A stretch of DNA of 64,000 nt from Auanema rhodensis (lineage: Eukaryota > Animalia > Nematoda): contig OZ059897.1 in NCBI GenBank assembly GCA_964057225.1, positions 13,516,001-13,580,000 of the forward strand. The letters run 5' to 3'. The position numbers and the translations under genes were made by a program. Shown here piece by piece: positions 28,815 to 42,345 of the stretch; positions within the stretch are counted from its first letter, which is position 1; every line of letters begins with the position of its first letter. The notes beneath the pieces are model-generated. The model saw nothing but the letters and a program-made list of their open reading frames with translations, did no database searches and was not told the origin of the DNA.

Positions 28815-31800
28815 ATGGAATCGACAGCGTGAGTTTAAGTTTGTTGTTTTTGTAAAAAAAAAACGAATCAAAAAGTTTGTTGTTATTTTACTTAATAAAT
28901 CTACCAGATAACCAACAATTTTTGAAGTTTCGAAGAAAAAAAAACAAAAACTTAATTATAGAAGTATCAACTGAAATTGTTAAAAAAGGTTGAATGGCAG
29001 AACTAGTCTTTTAATGATTGACTGGCCAAGATAAACGCATCGAATTGAGTTGAGATACATGTATATTTATATTCTCTCTATATACAATCCATAAGAGAAA
29101 ATCCAGAGAGACCAAAAGTTTTTTTTATTCATAATATGAAAGAACACAAAGAACATAGAGAGATCAGCTCGGTATTCAGTAATTATCAATTGAATTTCAC
29201 AGCTGACTTCATTTAAGAGTTCAGTATGGTCTATGACTTTGTCTCTTATGCTTGTCTGCCCTTTTTTTACTGTCATTTGTGTCATCATATCACTTCCTTT
29301 ATGTTTTTTTTACTTCCCTCATGTTCTTTTCTAATTTTTTGGTCATTTCTTATTTTGATAAATCAAAATCAACATTCAATCAATGATTGAATTCAAATAA
29401 TACATTCATACCTTTCCAGATTATTTCTTATAAAAAAGAAAAAAACACCATTCCTTTTACATGATAACTATAAACATAGTAATACTATTGATAATTTTTA
29501 ATTTAAATTATTTATTTATTTTAAAAATGCTTTTCTTTATCATTAAGCTTTTAGGCGGCGATTCAGTACAGTAACTCAGGTGAACCCAGATACTTTGGAG
29601 GATATGAGCAAGCGTTAGTTTTCTTTTTATAAAACAAAGTTTATTAGATATTATTCTAATAATATATATCAAAATAACAAAATTTTTATTTTAAATATTT
29701 TCATAATTTTATGAAAATTTTAATAGAATAGAGTTTGTGGGATAATATTCATCTAGTATTGTCATTTATTTTATATATGTATAGTTTGTAGTCACAAACT
29801 CTTAATTCTACCAATATGAAAAAAATTAGAACAAATGATATCTTAATGATTTTATTTGTATTTATTATACTGTATTAATATGTAAAAGCTGATTCACACA
29901 TTTTTTTAGACTTAAAATGCTCTACTTTTTACTCTGAATTAATCCTCTTTCCAACTTTTTGATCCCAAATGATCTCTATCGTTTTTTTGAGTTATTTCAT
30001 CATCTCTTACAATCTGATGACGACTAGTTTTCAATACATTTCAATATCCGGAGAGACTATTAGCCAAAATGGCAGAGAAATGTTGAAAGAAAAAGAGAGA
30101 GAGAGAGAGGTTCGTTGAAAGACTGTAACAGAGGTGAATTAACCGTGAATTGTCATGTTTTCTCGAAATTTGGCCATAAACAAAACAATTGACTACGATA
30201 GTGGTTGAAAAAATGTGATAGACGCAAACATGATGACTAAACTTGAAAATTTTGAAAAAAATATATTTTAAGGTAATGGCTTGGATCCAATAACAGAACA
30301 TGAACCAACTACCCATGTGGAATATCGTCGAAAAAGTACTTTTGGACATTTGGCCTTATATAAAGGTGAAGAAGAAGGTCCGCCGGCTTCTTTCATCTCG
30401 GCTTTCACAACTCCTGGACCTAAAGAAAGAGCTACAAGTGAAATAAAAAAAGTATTTTCATAGAAAATTAAAAAAAAGAAATGATTAACAAAATTTTAAA
30501 GGCTAATCTTGGAGTCATGCTTGGAGTTTATCTTCCAACAATTCAACATATCTTAGGAGTAACTATGTTTATTCGTTTGTTCTGGGTTGTTGGCATAGCT
30601 GGATTGTACTCTACAATGGGTTTACTAGCATTATGCTGCCTCTGTGTAAGTATATTTAAAAATTAAATTGAGCGATAAGAGCTTACACTTGGAACATTAG
30701 TTATTTATTTAATTTTCTTAAATATAACTTTATAATATTATGCTATAATCTTATAATTTATACATATTTATTAAGAATATTATGTATATTTATAGACATT
30801 GCTGACATCAATTAGTTTGTCAGCCGTTGCAACAAATGGAGTGGTTGAAAGTGGGGGTGCCTATTTCATTATCAGGCATGTTACAATAAGAAAAAAAATA
30901 TTTTTTAAATGAAAAGTTAAATTTCAGTAGAAACTTAGGAGTTGAATTTGGTTCAGCAGTTGGAATATTATTCTATCTTGCAAATACAGTTGCTGCTTCA
31001 ATGTATCTTGTTGGAGGTGTTGAAGTTCTCTTAGTAATATATAAAATATTATTTTATTTTATATTATATTAAAATATTTAGATGTATATAGCACCAGATA
31101 TGGCAATAGGTGGTAAAGAAGCATTACATAACACAGATCGTTAGATTTATTTCTTAATTATTAAATTTATTATAATATCATTTTTAGCTTTTGGAAGTCT
31201 TTACAATAATTATCGCATTTATGGTACTATCTTTCTCATTATTCAAGTTTTGATTGTTGCCATGGGTGTCAAATTCGTTCAACTTATGGCTCCAGTTTGT
31301 TTTTCTATGAATACATCCTTTATACTATTAATATCATGAAGGTATCACTTGCTTGTGTTATTGTTGCTCTGTTGGCTTGTTTTGCCGGTGGAATTGAGAA
31401 AGCTATAACTGGTGAAGGCAGAATGTATGACAATTCTTCAATCTTTTATGAATTTACTCATGAAAATTCGAAATTTAGGGTATGTTCGCTAGATGATCGG
31501 TTAATACAATCTACAGTCTTATTCGATAATCATAATAATAGTTCTTTAAATGAAACTTCACGGACACGATGGGATGGAATTTGTGATGTTTGCGATAAAA
31601 ATCCTGCGTAAGTTATCTTTACTTCAATTATATTTTTGAGTTTAAATTGTTTTAAAAATTAAATTTGATTATAGTTTGACTCATATATTTTGTGAAAATC
31701 ACAGTGAATCTTGCAAAGAATTTACTAAAGTTAAAATTTCTTGTGCCCAAGGATTTACTGGATTCAACATGACCACATTGGCTGGTGAATATAAGCTTAT

Positions 31801-34800
31801 AGATGAATTATTTATTTTAATATTTAATATAGAAAATCTTTATCCAATGTATATGAACAAAGATGAAGTTATGCCAGGAAAAGAAGGAAAAGCTGATGTT
31901 GAAGTAAGTTAAAACTAATAAAAAAAACAAAAAAATGGTTAATCGTTACGGTTTCTAATTATTTATTTCCTCATAATCACATAGTGCGGTTGTGCTAAAT
32001 TTTAAAATAATTAAATTCGGGAATTATTGAAGATATTTCTGTTTTTAGGTTGTTCAAGATGTAACAGCAACATTCTTTGTACTATTAGCTATCTACTTTC
32101 CAGCTGTAACCGGAATTATGACAGGAACGAACATGAGTGGTAGGTAATTTTTTTTTTTTACTAATTTTTGAAAAAGATTATGTTTTATTAAACTATTAAA
32201 CTTTAAAAATATGATTCATAAAAACAAATCATATAAATATAAGTAGGTTTTTAATATCTCTATTATACGTTAGTTTGTTTTTCTTGGGTAAAACCATAGA
32301 ATATGTGTAGTTGAGTAACAAAAAAAAACTGAAAATGGAAATTTAGGGTGATAAATATCATAAAAATACAGGAAAATAGTTTTAAGATTTTTTTCAATAA
32401 TTAAATATTTCAGGTGATCTTAAGGATCCTCAACGTTCAATTCCATCCGGAACTATTGCTGCTACGATCACAACCTCTGTGATATACTGTGCTTTGGCTA
32501 TATTATTTGCTTCAAGTGTTGATAGATCAGTACTTCGAGACAAGTTTGTCCTTTTACATCTTCATCTGTTTATTTGCTTTTAAGATTTGGACGATCTATT
32601 GAAAACAATATGGTTGTATCAACTCTAGCTTGGCCATCTCCATGGATTGTTACTATTGGTGCTTTCCTCAGTACATTTGGTGCTGCTCTACAATGTCTTT
32701 GCAGTAAGTGATTAAAGAATAGATTCTTCTATTGTTTTCCCAACTCTCAGGTGCTCCACGTCTTCTTCAATCCATTGCCAAAGATGATGTTATTCCCATT
32801 TTAGCTCCATTTGCAACTGTCACAAAGAAGAATGAGCCATTCCTCGGGTAACAGAATATTTGATTTGATTTGTATTTCTTACATATTTAGATTATTGTTA
32901 ACAACAGTTATCGCTGAAATGGCTATTCTTTTGGGAGCTGTTGATAAAATTGCTGAGGTTCAGAAGAAAAATTTAAAAAATTTCAACAGAGTGCAAAAAG
33001 TTCTTCAGGTTTTGGATTTCTTCTTCCTTATGTGCTACGCTTTCGTCAACATTATTGCATTCCTTCACTCAGTTCTTCGTGCTCCTAACTGGAGACCTAG
33101 ATTCAAATATTTTCATTGGTATATAATAATTTTATGATTATAATTCTGAAACATGGGTATTAGGTCATTATCCCTTCTTGGAGCCTTCCTTTGTTTCTTC
33201 ATCATGTTTGGATCCGATTGGCATTTGGCTTTAGTAGCATGTGCTATGACTTTGGCTATTTATAAATATGTTGAATGGAAAGGGTAATTATTTAATATTC
33301 GATTAAAATGTATAGTTAGTAAGATTATTAAGAACAAGATCTTTGATGACATCAAAATAAAAAAAAGAAGATAAATGTATATTTTTATATTTCAGAGCAA
33401 AGAAAGAATGGGGTGACGGTATGCGTGGATTAGCTTTGACAACAGCTCAATACTCCTTGCTTAAAGTAATTTTGATAACGACAACTTCTAAAACATATAT
33501 TTGTATGCTTTATTAAGGTTGAAGATAAGGATCCACATCCAAAAAATTGGAGACCACAGCTGTTGATTGCTTTATCGGCTCATTGGGGAAATCATATAAT
33601 CGACAAACGAGCTTTATCCATGATTAACCTTGCAGCTCAGATGAAGGTTTCACCCTTAAATCTCATTTTCTCCAACATGTTTTTTTTGTATTCTAGGCTG
33701 GAAGAGGACTAACTATAGCATGTGCTTTTGTGAAAGGATCAGCTAATGCTGTAGAGGAAAGAACTAGATCTGGTTCAATTAAACAACGATTACTCAAAGA
33801 TATGTGTTCTGCTCGGCTTCGTGGATTTGCTAAAACACTATTCTACCAAGATAGTCAGGTATCAGATTTATACAAATAATCAAATAATTGTAATTATTCT
33901 ATTATTCTATTATTTATATGAATTTTAGATTTATGGTTGTGTGTCAGGAGTTTTCCAGTCTGTTGGAATAGGAGGTTTACGTCCTAATACTGTTCTTATC
34001 AACTGGCCAGATATGGAAGACATGGACGAAGTTTCCCTCTTTGCCGGTTTTAAAAGTTATTTCTTTACAGAATATCTATATATTTCTTTAGAAAAAACAA
34101 TAAATGGTGTTCATCATGAATATTGTGTACTTGTAGCTAAAGGAATAACTGAATTCCCTGAAACTATTGATAGATTGACAGGGTATATATTCATAATTTT
34201 GAAAAACATAAAGTATAATATTACTTATCACTTATAGATTTGTTGATATCTGGTGGGTAGTTCAAGATGGTGGAATTTTAATGTTAATTGCTTATCTATT
34301 AACACAACATAAAGTATATTTCTTATTAAATAATTAATTTTAATATAAGAATTAAAGGTATGGAGAGGATGCCATCTTCGAATTTTTGCTGTTGGAGGCA
34401 CGGATAAGAAACGTAATGAAGATATGAAATTAGCTTTACAAAAGCACATTTATATGCTTCGTATTGATGCTGAAGTCTTTGTAAGTTTTAAAGTTTTCTA
34501 TCTCAAAATGAAATAAAAAGGTTAAACTTTTGTTGAAGAAAAATCTTTTTTCTTTAGATTGTTGGACTATTGGATCAGGAAGTGACAGAAGAAATCTACG
34601 AAAAGACAGCTGAATTAGAGAAAAGACAGAAGATTCTGGTTCAAAATGAGATAAAAGTAAAACTAATACTAATCCATTCAACTAAAAGATTATTTACTTC
34701 AGAGATCTAAAATGCGAGAAGCAGGTGGCTATGTAAATGAAGCTTATATAGATGACAGCAAGAGTAAACTTCGTACAAGTAAATATATTTTTTAACATAT

Positions 34801-35394
34801 TATATTGAAAAGTTTTATATGAAGTTTACAATTAATTTTTCAGGCGTTTCAACAAAAAGTTTCCCAAAAACTCCTACTGTCATCAGTATTAATGAGGAAG
34901 AAACTTCATTCAGCAGGTAATTATCATCAGAATAGGAAATGAGATTACAAATGCTTAGGCATATGGTTATGATGCAAGTCTAAAAATTGCAAATTAGACA
35001 ATTGCTTGATGAAAATATAAAATTTATGAGATTATCACTTAATTTCAGTAGCGAAGGAGGTGCAATGAGCCAATTATATGGATCATCACCATCAATTGAA
35101 GAATCTAATTCTAGTGAATTGAAACTTAACGTTCATAAAATGAATACATCTTACCATCTGAACAAGGTTATTCGAGAAAATTCTCCAGATTCCCAACTTG
35201 TAAGTTAAAATATTGAACACATCTGAATATTGATTTCTATTTTAAAGATTCTTTTAAATCTTCCAAATCCAACAAGAAATCGTATTAACTTCATTTATTC
35301 ATACATGTCATATTTGGATGTACTAACTGATGGCCTAAAACGTGTGCTATTCGTAGGCGGTAGCGGAAAAGAAGTTATAACAGCAGATTCATAA
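28815..35394 (+). CDS. kcc-3: K-Cl cotransporter (SLC12A4-7 family); more than 25 exons
   Basis: [29 protein letters not shown]; [22 protein letters not shown]; [27 protein letters not shown]; [13 protein letters not shown]; HPKNWRPQL; GGLRPNTV; [15 protein letters not shown]. The kcc-3 assignment partly rests on recalled adjacency to a GPCR in C. elegans. Confidence 0.9.
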
Positions 35395-36118
35395 TTTATT
35401 TTCTTAATATGTTCTTTTAACTCTTTTCAAATCTTTTTTTTTCATTGTTCATAAGTTCTATTGGTAAGATGGGATAAAATTCAAACAAAAAAAAAACATT
35501 ATTTTCTCAAGATGATGTCACTTCATTTGCTTGCTTTCATGTTTTGCAAAGTAATATAACTTTTAGAAAAATATATTTTTAAACTTTATACATTGCTTCT
35601 TATATGCAGCGTCTCTTCCTTATTCATTTTGATTTATTTTTATTCATCGATCCTCTAATAACTTAGAGTAATTTTCTTCTAATTTCAATCAATGTAGATT
35701 TTAAGATTTTCCTAGTTGTTGTTTTTCATTTTAAATTGAAACCATGACCCTTCTAAGATTAAATGACATAATTGCCATTAAATTGGAAAAGTATGTTTTA
35801 TCATATCTTTATCTCTATTTCTCTATTTCTATCTTTCTTTTTATATTCTTCTCATCTATTTTTCTTTATCTTACTATAAACATAAATTAGTGTACATACA
35901 GTAGATTCATGTTTTCTTTTATATTAAAGAATCGGTAATAAAATTAATAAAATATTTATCTAAAATATAATTTTAATAAGTTATTTATAAACTTCATAGC
36001 AAAAATCAGACATTTAAGTAGGACGAAAGAATGGCTTATGCATGCGATTTTGCTTGTTTCGCTTTTGCTAATTTCTTATAATCCCAGAGGTTAGTGATAC
36101 AAGCTGAACATAGTAATA

Positions 36119-36478
36119 TTAGAAAAGTACCGGCTGAAAATAAATTAATAAATTAAAAAAAATGTTGTCTGAGATCAAACCTGCGCAGGAATAAAAAATA
36201 ATTTTATGTTTGGAAGTAAAAGGAATATATTCCGTAATTTCTTCTTTCTTTTCATTTGTTGTAGGCTCTGGAGATTGGAGATAGTCTGATTCATCAGTAA
36301 CTATAAGAAAATTTTTTAAAGTTAAGTATATAAATATGAATTAAATAAAACAAATGATGTATATACCTTCGTTTTGTGGTTCATAAGTTGTTGAATCATG
36401 TATTTCATGAGCGACAGTATAATTCAATACAAATAGAAAGATTATGATGGATAAAATCTTTTGAAAACAATGAGTCAT
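36119..36478 (-). CDS. Small secreted acidic protein, about 81 aa, 3 exons, unknown function
   Basis: MTHCFQKILSIIIFLFVLNYTVA (signal peptide) HEIHDSTTYEPQNE|VTDESDYLQSPEPTTNEKKEEITEYIPFTSKHKIIFIPAQ|PVLF*. Both GT-AG introns are in phase. Confidence 0.7.
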
Positions 36479-37402
36479 TGTAAATGTTTTTTTTTATTTT
36501 TTAAAATAAAGATATCTTTTGTTAGTTTGAACTGCTAAATGTATTGAAGATGTGGAACTCTTGCATGTTGTTGAGAGGGGGGGGGGGTTTCTAAGCAGGA
36601 TTCCATGGTAATGTAGCAACATGAACGTAACATAAAACTAAAAAAATTATCCTCCCAAAATAAAACACTAAATGTAAAACCAGTTTTTAACCTAAATTAT
36701 ATTATATATTATACTATTATGTTATGTTTTTTATTCTCATTTTCTTTTCAATATGCTTCTTTTTTCTTCAAATATTCTGTAGTCATCTAGAGCTTTTTAA
36801 TCCAATATATATCTTAAAAAGAGAATCAGATGTTAGACAAAAAAAAAAGAAGTTATGTGCATAGTATATGTTTATATCATTATTTTAAGTTTTATTAAAT
36901 ATGTATCTATTATATTAAATATTAGTTTTACGTGTTAATCAATATAATATATGTATATATTATTATTATTTATAGTATGTACATACATTTTATATATATA
37001 TATTATATGTATAAAATGTGTCTAATATCTGATGTTCATAAGATTTATACAATTTTCAATTATATTTTAATATATACATACATAAATACATATATACATG
37101 TACATATGTATTTGGAATAGTTAGATTTCATTACTCATACTTGTGACGTTATGCTTTCTTTGTTAATTAACTACTAGATATCAATTGAGAAAATAAAAAT
37201 ATTCTTTTAACAATATTTATTAGCTCAGCTTTTAATCATATTCGAGGAAATGAAACAGATCTCTGACTATTGGCCATTTTTTTTTCACAAAAAAAAATAC
37301 TTAATGGAACTATTTTTCATCCACTTTTCGTTAATTATAAAAAAAACAGAAAAAAAATAAGATCATAATGATTTAATGATTCTTCTATTGGGGAGGAAAT
37401 GC

Positions 37403-38536
37403 TTAATAATAGAAAAATGAACTCAGCTTTTTCTGTTTCTGATCCCCAAATGCCTGAAAACAAACATGATTATCTGCTTGAACTTGGTAGATTTATCAAT
37501 TGTATTATTATGTTTTTAAACTTTGCTCATTTCTTAATCCTATCGCCCATTTTCAATCATTTTCCCTCCCTCTCTCACTCTCTTCCCCTCTACTCTCTTT
37601 CTCATTTTCACTCTCTCCCTGTTATCCCTCTCTCTGGTTTCTCATCATAAATCTACACTTTTCCCTCTTTCTAACTCACAATGGTGTTCTTTCTCTGTTT
37701 ATAAATAGAAAAACATTAATTTTCGAAAAACGTTATCAAAACGAGAAGCCACATTGTCATTAAAGATACGATGTTAAATAATTTAAAAATTGACATTTCA
37801 TCACATAAGTAGCAGATCAACAGTCAAGTTTATATGAATATATTCTTATTCAGTTGATACTACTTCATAGATATAATCGTTTGAAGCAATTTAGATTTTA
37901 AGTATAATTAATAAAAATGAAATTTTGAAGTTTTCTAAATAACGATTTAGACTTACTTGACGGAAAATTCGAGATAGTTGTTCATTATCTGGATTCATCA
38001 TAAATGGTACACGGAACAACATTCGACGTTTTGTTGGTAGCTGTACTTCAGAAGATCTATAATATTATATATGTATAACTTATTTATATAATAAATATTT
38101 TAGTAAAAATCTATGTGAAACATACATTTTTTTCAAAACGTTAAAATTATTAAAACGTGACGTTTTAATAAATAAAATTCTGAGAATATATCAAATTTAA
38201 GTTTATAAAGATTTAAAGACACAATTAAGTTCAAATATTTTTTATATTTATAAAAATAGTTTGAAATCAGAATGTAGTTATACATAGTTATACACGTTCA
38301 TATACATTTTTTTCAGTTAAAATATAATATTTAACATATAAATTATATGATTTATATTATTATTAAAAGGTTAAATGTCACTAAAATTATTCAAAAAAAG
38401 AATATTTTTATATTGTATATTATAATGTTTTTATACATTATTTTAATTTATTATGTAATAATGCTTACCCATAATCAGCTACTGTCAGAGACAGAAAACA
38501 AACCAGGAATAACCCTATCAGAACCATACGGTTCAT
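37403..38536 (-). CDS. Putative neuropeptide-like precursor, 72 aa, 3 exons
   Basis: Exons 38536-38469, 38056-37957, 37453-37403 with strong sites (tttcag before ATG, gtaagc, gtaagt, ttttcag). Translation MNRMVLIGLFLVCFLSLTVA-DYGSSEVQLPT-KR-RMLFRVPFMMNPDNEQLSRIFRQAFGDQKQ-KK-LSSFFYY*. Confidence 0.78.
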
Positions 38537-40500
38537 AGTTCTGAAATTAGAAAATTATTTTGAATATATATTAGTTTGTTTAAGAAAAACACAACAAAAA
38601 CATGAATCAGACATTTGTGATGATCAAAAGCATTATATATATATATGAAAATCTTGAATAAGACTTGATATATTTAAGATATAATATTAATAAGAGAAAT
38701 AATTATAATATAATATTTATAATGTTAAATAAATATATTTAATATATAAAATATAGAAAAATCTCAGTTGAAAGTGATAGGCTTGTTAAGATGTATTAAA
38801 TACTTTGCCACATGCGAATGTCAAATTTTGGGCGAACAGAATATGGGCGGAGAGTCTTCTTATGTCGTTTCTTAGACATCATAGTTGTTTAGAATTATAT
38901 ATATATATATATATATATAGTTAGATTGAGGAGTTATCCTAAATTGTTGGTTCTTTGGCTTTTCTGTCTGGAATTTCAGTTGGACCATTACGTTGATAGA
39001 AGTGTTTAGTCTCTGTGAGGGCGTAAATACAAGTTTTCTGATTGAAAAAATTGCTAAATTAGAGTAAAATTTTTATGAAAACTGAAACAAGAAGACGCTT
39101 GAGATGTGATCCTGACATCTGATGCGATGTTCCACGAAATATGAGCTTCGAACAGTAGTTAGGATAAAACTTGTTATATATAATGAAAAACTAGATTTCA
39201 AGCTCAAAAGGTAAATTAAAAATTAAAAAAATATTTTTAGAATATGGTTCAGTACAATGAATTTGGAGCAGACTCTGAACTTCAAGATATGAAACTTATC
39301 CCATCATGGTTGACGTCAACTGAAGTAAGGCAAAGAGATGAATAAATGCATTCAATATATATGAATTAGATATAATATTTCTTGATTAAAAGTAGGAAAC
39401 AAGATTCATTTTGTACTTCCAATTGGTTAATATTGAATATTATTTGATGATAATCAAATATTTACAAGAGGATATACATATCATAAACAAATTTGATGTT
39501 TTTTATTGAAGGAAATGTCAACTAGGAATTAAAAAAAAATTTTTCTTTTTATCTTAATAATGAACATTGTCATCACGGATATTGTATGAAAGCATTTATA
39601 TATACAAGAAAGCTTATATCAAGTCTACCAAGATTTTTTTATTCGTTGACTGAAGCTGAAATATGAATGAAAGATGAAATACAAAAATAGATGAGGAAGA
39701 GGAATATTGAACATTCAAACTTTTTTTTCATAAAATTTGTGAATTTTTCAGAGAAAATGATGATGATCGGACCTAGTTTAAGCTTTTAAGAGAAGGAAGA
39801 ACAAAGAATTGCAAAGACTTAATTAGATCTGACGTCTCAAAAAAAAAGAATTGAAGTGAAAGAAGAATCCGAAGGATGATGTGAGATACATATGTGAGAG
39901 AATTTAGTAAAATATTCATATGAAAGTCAATCACAGAGTGGGTGAAATAATTCGAAGCAAGAAATGTTTAACATATCTCAAGAATAAATTAATAATATGC
40001 TCAACGATCTTTAATAACGAATTAAAGCTTAAAAAAGTTGAATCATTCTCTCTATATCGTTCAAACTGCAACTGCATGTATGCCATACTCATACTATCTC
40101 ATTCTATTATAAAACCAGAAATTGCTTTTTTCTTTCTTTTTTAAAATTTAAAATTCTTACAACTATATATTACGGGAACAACGTATGCAGATGAAAACTC
40201 AGGACCATCATGTGGGAAGATTTTGTTAAAAAAGGAATATTTCCATACATATTGAGTGACATTCTAAAGATTTTCAAATTTTTTGTGTTGTTTCGAAACA
40301 AAAGAAAGCTGTTATGCTATGAATTATGCTGAAAAATACATTAGAGAACGTACAAATGTATTAAAATTTTATAAAATTGCTTTTTTTGGCGTATATAAAT
40401 AAATGCTCTTGTATACATATATTTATTGTTATTTTTAAAATTTAACAAATAAGTTTATATTTGAAACAACAACTTGAATATTTCATCTACTGTCTATCTA

Positions 40501-40550
40501 TCTATCTAGGCATAACTAGGCATATCTAGGCATATCTAGGCTTATCTAGT
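40501..40550. repeat. 10-bp tandem repeat, consensus CATATCTAGG, 5 copies
   Basis: TCTATCTAGG CATAACTAGG CATATCTAGG CATATCTAGG CTTATCTAGT. Confidence 0.85.
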
Positions 40551-42277
40551 TTCCAAATAATTTTTATTGTTAATATTGTTATGAGAAATAAAATATATTA
40601 ATTTTGTTTCTAAATTAAAATTATACTATGCTCTTTTCATATATTATACTCAAATTCTACTTTTCTATATTTTCAAATTTGAAACCTTATAAAGATATAG
40701 AATGTACAATGGAACATCGTGTCATCACTCAATGCTTGTTCAATTTAAGAAGTCTATTCAATTACGGAACAGTGGGATGTACATCTTCAAACTGAGATCT
40801 TTTTCTGTTTAATTTGAGAGAAAAAAATGAACGAACCATAATTGCAACTCCTACATACAATACTGAGCTTAACATCAAAGCGTAAAAGAATTGAACAAAA
40901 AAAATATATTTTCTTCATAAAAATTATAAAAAAAGAAAAGAAAATGAAATGAAATGTCCTGAATTTTTTTGATTTTTGGCCATCTTTTTATGAGAAACAG
41001 TATGTACTTGAAATAGAAAAAATCATTACATATACATAAATGACTATGGGAAAACTGTTTAATTTTGTTAATTAAAAATATTTAATTTTCTATATTTGAC
41101 GATCACATAATTTTACAGAATACACTATTTATTTTTCCTGTATCTCAAGTTATTCTGAATCTGCACATAAAGGCACTTTATGACATCATACTATGATGCT
41201 GCTAGAAGTCAATGCATTTTGACTTAGATTCATCATATATATATCCTTAGAAGCTTCCAGAACATAGAATTTTTAAATTTCTTCAGTTTGTTTTTCAAAT
41301 TCATTGTTAGAATTTGTAAAACTGTAAAATTATACATAAAATCTGATTTCAAATAAAAAGACAACATCTGCAAAATCAGAAGTATAAGCATATGAGACGA
41401 CGAAGAATCAAAATGTTGAGATAGGTAATGAAACAAGCTTATATTCATAATACATTAGGGAAAAAGTAAAAAAAGAAGAAAAGAAGCAAGGAATTCCCTT
41501 CTGAATTAACAAAATTTTTGGATTTTTATTTTTTTTATACTATTCAACATGTAATAGAGATATGTAACTATCATCTTTACGACATAATTAGATGTAGAAT
41601 ATGAAATAGAATAAGTCGAATACTTCTAATATGAAAAAAGAAATAATAATAAAAAAAACTAAAGATAAGTATAAATATAATATTTTAATAGTGTTTTCTT
41701 CAATTGAAAAAGATATGTGATTATATTTCTTTTTCAATACAAGTTGTTTTTAATAAAAAAATATCTTTATGGACTTATACATAGTATGTATCTGTATGTA
41801 TTCTTAAGTTTTTTTGAATATTATTAGTATCTATTCAAAGATAATGTTGATAAATCAAAAATAAAATAATGTAAACTTTACTATATATATATAAATATTT
41901 ATATATATAGGTATATATACATATATTTATATATTATATATCATGGTCTATTATAATGAATAAACTCTTTGTTATAATGGAGATGACAATGGAATTAAAA
42001 TGACGATTCTGTCCTCGTGAAGCAATTTAAAGTCATATTATCAAAAAAATAAAACAAAAGAATGGAAAAGAATATAATAATATGATACTCTATGATAAAT
42101 TATTATATGCTATTCAGTTTTTATAATAATGCCAAATTATGTGGTGATGTATCAGAGAGCATGATTCCTATCACAGGATATTAAATTCAAAATTGAAATT
42201 AAAATTACTATGGCATATATGAAGCGTATTTCTCATCTGATTTCAAATATATTTTTTAAACTTTCAATCTTTGCTGG

Positions 42278-42345
42278 CTCTCTCTCTCTCTGTCTGTCTC
42301 TCTCTCTCTCTGTCTCTCTCTCTCTCCCTCCCTCTATCTCTCTCT
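42278..42345. repeat. (CT)n-rich microsatellite
   Basis: Imperfect CTCTCT/CTGT run. Confidence 0.85.
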
